This document shows, in pieces, positions 60,650-64,000 of a stretch of 64,000 nt of DNA. The notes under the pieces were generated by a model. It was given only the letters and a program-made list of their open reading frames with translations. It did not search any database and was not told the origin of the DNA. The position numbers and the translations under genes were made by a program. Within the stretch, counting starts at the first letter, position 1, and each line of letters opens with the position of its first letter. The DNA is from Eledone cirrhosa (Eukaryota): the NCBI GenBank assembly GCA_964016885.1, contig OZ024744.1, positions 15,376,001-15,440,000 on the forward strand, given 5' to 3'.

Positions 60650-63600
60650 TACACACTCTCCCACAAAAGTCCACGCATTCCCACAAGTAATGGCAAATGT
60701 CCAAAACTCTCTCACATATACACTCTCTCTCTCTCACATACACACTCTCACACAAAAGTCCACGCATTCCCACAAGTAATGGCAAATATCCAAAACTCTC
60801 ACATATACACTCTCTCTCTCACACACATACACACTCTCCCACAAAAGTCCACCCATTCCCACAAGTAATGGCAAATGTCCAAAACTCTCACACATATACA
60901 CTCTCTCTCTCTCACATACACACTCTCCCACAAAAGTCCACCCATTCCCACTAGTAATGGCAAATGTCCAAAACTCTCTCACATATACACTCTCTCTCAC
61001 ATACACACTCTCCCACAAAAGTCCACCCATTCCCACAATTAATGGCAAATGTCCAAAACTCTCTCACATATACACTCTCTCTCTCTCTCACATACACACT
61101 CTCCCACAAAAGTCCACCCATTCCCACAAGTAATGGCAAATGTCCAAAACTCTCTCACATATACACTCTCTCTCTCACATACACACTCTCCCACAAAAGT
61201 CCACCCATTCCCACAAGTAATGGCAAATGTCCAAAACTCTCTCACATATACACTATCTCTCTCTCACATACACACTCTCCCACAAAAGTCCACCCATTCC
61301 CACTAGTAATGGCAAATGTCCAAAACTCTCTCACATATACACTCTCTCTCACATACACACTCTCCCACAAAAGTCCACCCATTCCCACAAGTAATGGCAA
61401 ATGTCCAAAACTCTCTCACATATACACTCTCTCTCTCTCACAAAAGTCCACCGATTCCCACAAGTAATGGCAAATGTCCAAGACTCTCTCACATATACAA
61501 TCTCTCTCTCTCTCACATACACACTCTCCCACAAAAGTCCACCCATTCCCACAAGTAATGGCAAATGTCCAAAACTCTCTCACATACACACTCTCCCACA
61601 AAAGTCCACCCATTCCCACAAGTAGTGGCAAATGTCCAAAACTCTCTCACATCTACACTCTCTCTCTCTCTCACATACACACTCTCCCACAAAAGTCCAC
61701 CCATTCTCACAAGTAATGGCAAATGTTCAAAACTCTCTCACATATACACTCTCTCTCTCTCTCACATACACACTCTCCCACAAAAGTCCACCCATTCCCA
61801 CAAGTAATGGCAAATGTCCAAAACTCTCTCACATATAGACTCTCTCTCTCTCTCACATACACACTCTCCCACAAAAGTCCACCCATTCCCACAAGTAATG
61901 GCAAATGTCCAAAACTCTCTCACATATACACTCTCTCTCTCTCACATACACACTCTCCCACAAAAGTCCACCCATTCCAACAAGTAATGGCAAATGTCCA
62001 AAACTCTCTCACATATACACTCTCTCTCTCTCTCTCTCTCTCTCACATACACATTCTCCCACAAAAGTCCACCCATTCCCACAAGTAATGGCAAATGTCT
62101 AAAACTCTCTCACATATACACTCTCTCTCTCTCTCACATACACTCTCCCACAAAAGTCCACCCATTCCCACTAGTAATGGCAAATGTCCAAAACTCTCTC
62201 ACATATACACTCTCTCTCACATACACACTCTCCCACAAAAGTCCACCCATTCCCACAAGTAATGGCTAATGTCCAAAACTCTCTCACATATACACTCTCT
62301 CTCTCTCACATACACACTCTCCCACAAAAGTCCACCCATTCCCACAAGTAATGGCAAATGTCCAAAACTCTCTGACATATACACTCTCTCTCTCTCACAT
62401 ACACACTCTCCCACAAAAGTCCACCCATTCCCACAAGTAATGGCAAATATCCGAAACTCTCTCACATATACACTCTCTCTCTCTCACATACACACTCTCC
62501 CACAAAAGTCCACCCATTCCCACAAGTAATGGAAAATATCCAAAACTGTCTCACATATACACTCTCTATCACATACACACTCTCCCACAAAAGTCCACCC
62601 ATTCCCACAAGTAATGGCAAAAGTCCAAAACTCTCTCACATATACACTCTCTCTCTCTCACATACACACTCTCCCACAAAAGTCCACCCATTCCCACAAG
62701 TAATGACAAATGTCCAAAACTCTCTCACATATACACTCTCTCTCTCTCACATACACACTCTCCCACAAAAGTCCACCCATTCCCACAAGTAATGGCAAAT
62801 GTCCAAAACTCTCTCACATATACACTCTCTCTCTCTCACATACACACTCTCCCACAAAAGTCCACCCATTCCCACAAGTAATGGCAAATGTCCAATACTC
62901 TCTCACATATACACTCTCTCTCTCTCACATACACACTCTCCCACAAAAGTCCACCCATTCCCACAAGTAATGGCAAATGTCCAAAACTCTCTCACATATA
63001 CACTCTCTCTCTCTCTCACATACACACTCTCCCACAAAAGTCCACCCATTCCCACAAATAATGGCAAATGTCCAAAACTCTCTCACATATACACTCTCTC
63101 TCCCTCTCACATACACACTCTCCCACAAAAGTCCACCCATTCCCACAAGTAATGGCAAATATCCAAAACTCTCACATATACACTCTCTCTCTCTCTCACA
63201 TACACACTCTCCCACAAAAGTCCACCCATTCCCACAAGTAATGGAAAATGTCCAAAACTGTCTCACATATACACTCTCTCTCACATACACACTCTCCCAC
63301 AAAAGTCCACCCATTCCCACAAGTAATGGCAAAAGTCCAAAACTCTCTCACATATACACTCTCTCTCTCTCTCTCACATACACACTCTCCCACAAAAGTC
63401 CACCCATTCTCACAAGTAATGGCAAATGTCCAAAACTCTCTCACATACACACTCTCCCACAAAAGTCCACCCATTCCCACAAGTAATGGCAAATGTCCAA
63501 AACTCTCTCACATATACACTCTCTCTCTCTCTCTCTCTCTCACATACACACTCTCCCACAAAAGTCCACGCATTCCCACAAGTAATGGCAAATGTCCAAA

Positions 63601-63707
63601 ACTCTCTCACATATACACTCTCTCTCTCTCACATACACACTCTCACACAAAAGTCCACCCATTCCAACAAGTAATGGCAAATGTCCAAAACTCTCTCACA
63701 TATACAC

Positions 63708-63743
<36 letters not shown>

Positions 63744-64000
63744 ACACATACACACTCTCCCACAAAAGTCCACCCATTCCCACAAGTAATGGCAAATGTC
63801 CAAAACTCTCACACATATACACTCTCTCTCTCTCACATACACACTCTCCCACAAAAGTCCACCCATTCCCACTAGTAATGGCAAATGTCCAAAACTCTCT
63901 CACATATACACTCTCTCTCACATACACACTCTCCCACAAAAGTCCACCCATTCCCACAATTAATGGCAAATGTCCAAAACTCTCTCACATATACACTCTC

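Larger units (their letters stand above)
1..64000. repeat. Tandem satellite DNA array, ~89-bp monomer with embedded (CT)n microsatellite; extends beyond both window edges
   Basis: The motif AAGTAATGGCAAATGTCCAAAA...CCCACAAAAGTCCACCCATTCCCAC recurs continuously. Spacing between successive AAATGTCC motifs is mostly 85/89/91/93 bp (e.g. 147, 238, 329, 418). I saw no non-repeat sequence and no orientation switch. Confidence 0.99.
54865..64000. repeat. Tandem higher-order duplication, unit 4845 bp (54865-59709 / 59710 to beyond window end)
   Basis: The ORF track repeats at exactly +4845 (55036/59881, 55733/60578, 58836/63681). Shared private variants include TTCCCAAAAG, TATAGACT, TATCCGAAA, CTCGCTCT and a pure (CT)29. 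Confidence 0.93.

Noticed and set aside
131-63969. Minus-strand ORFs (MPLLVGMGGLLWESVYVRERE..., ...GECVCERE)
   Set aside because: These are antisense translations of the same monomer. The apparent signal-peptide-like or Cys motifs are compositional artefacts.
1-64000. CRISPR-like alternation of a constant repeat and a variable spacer
   Set aside because: The variable parts are the same CT/CA module differing only in length, not unique spacers. There are no cas genes or leader, and the core is not palindromic.
1-64000. Canonical telomerase-type telomeric repeat
   Set aside because: There is no short TTAGGG-like unit and the period is ~89 bp. Only the strand skew is reminiscent.
1-64000. Phase-variation or programmed-frameshift gene system driven by (CT)n
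   Set aside because: No non-repetitive coding region or promoter is present for the tracts to switch. Their length variation is explained by slippage plus block duplication.
1-64000. Transposon insertion, inversion, or tRNA/5S/snRNA tandem gene array
   Set aside because: I saw no interruption or strand switch. The monomer is too G-poor on one strand to form stable stems and has no recognisable Pol III A/B boxes.

Overview
The whole 64 kb is one uninterrupted head-to-tail tandem satellite array in a single orientation. It has roughly 720-730 monomers, estimated from a mean length near 88 bp. The 89-bp consensus is AAGTAATGGCAAATGTCCAAAACTCTCTCACATATACA(CT)6CACATACACACTCTCCCACAAAAGTCCACCCATTCCCAC. 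Each monomer carries an embedded variable (CT)n microsatellite (n about 3-36), and recurrent internal-deletion monomers (67, 69, 73 bp) occur throughout. I found no credible genes, RNA genes, transposon insertions, CRISPR spacers or unique sequence; all listed ORFs are translations of the repeat. The information lies in the variant pattern. There are near-identical tandem segmental duplications (1.66, 4.23, 2.68, 6.06, 2.01 and 4.85 kb), dispersed duplications (offsets about 12.2, 15.3 and 26.7 kb) and two variant subfamily domains arranged A-B-A. Every monomer also carries a CSL/RBPJ-type TGTGRGAA motif, a GA repeat and a G-tract cluster on the minus strand. A eukaryotic heterochromatic (pericentromeric or subtelomeric) origin is most likely, but the organism and any function cannot be established from the sequence alone.
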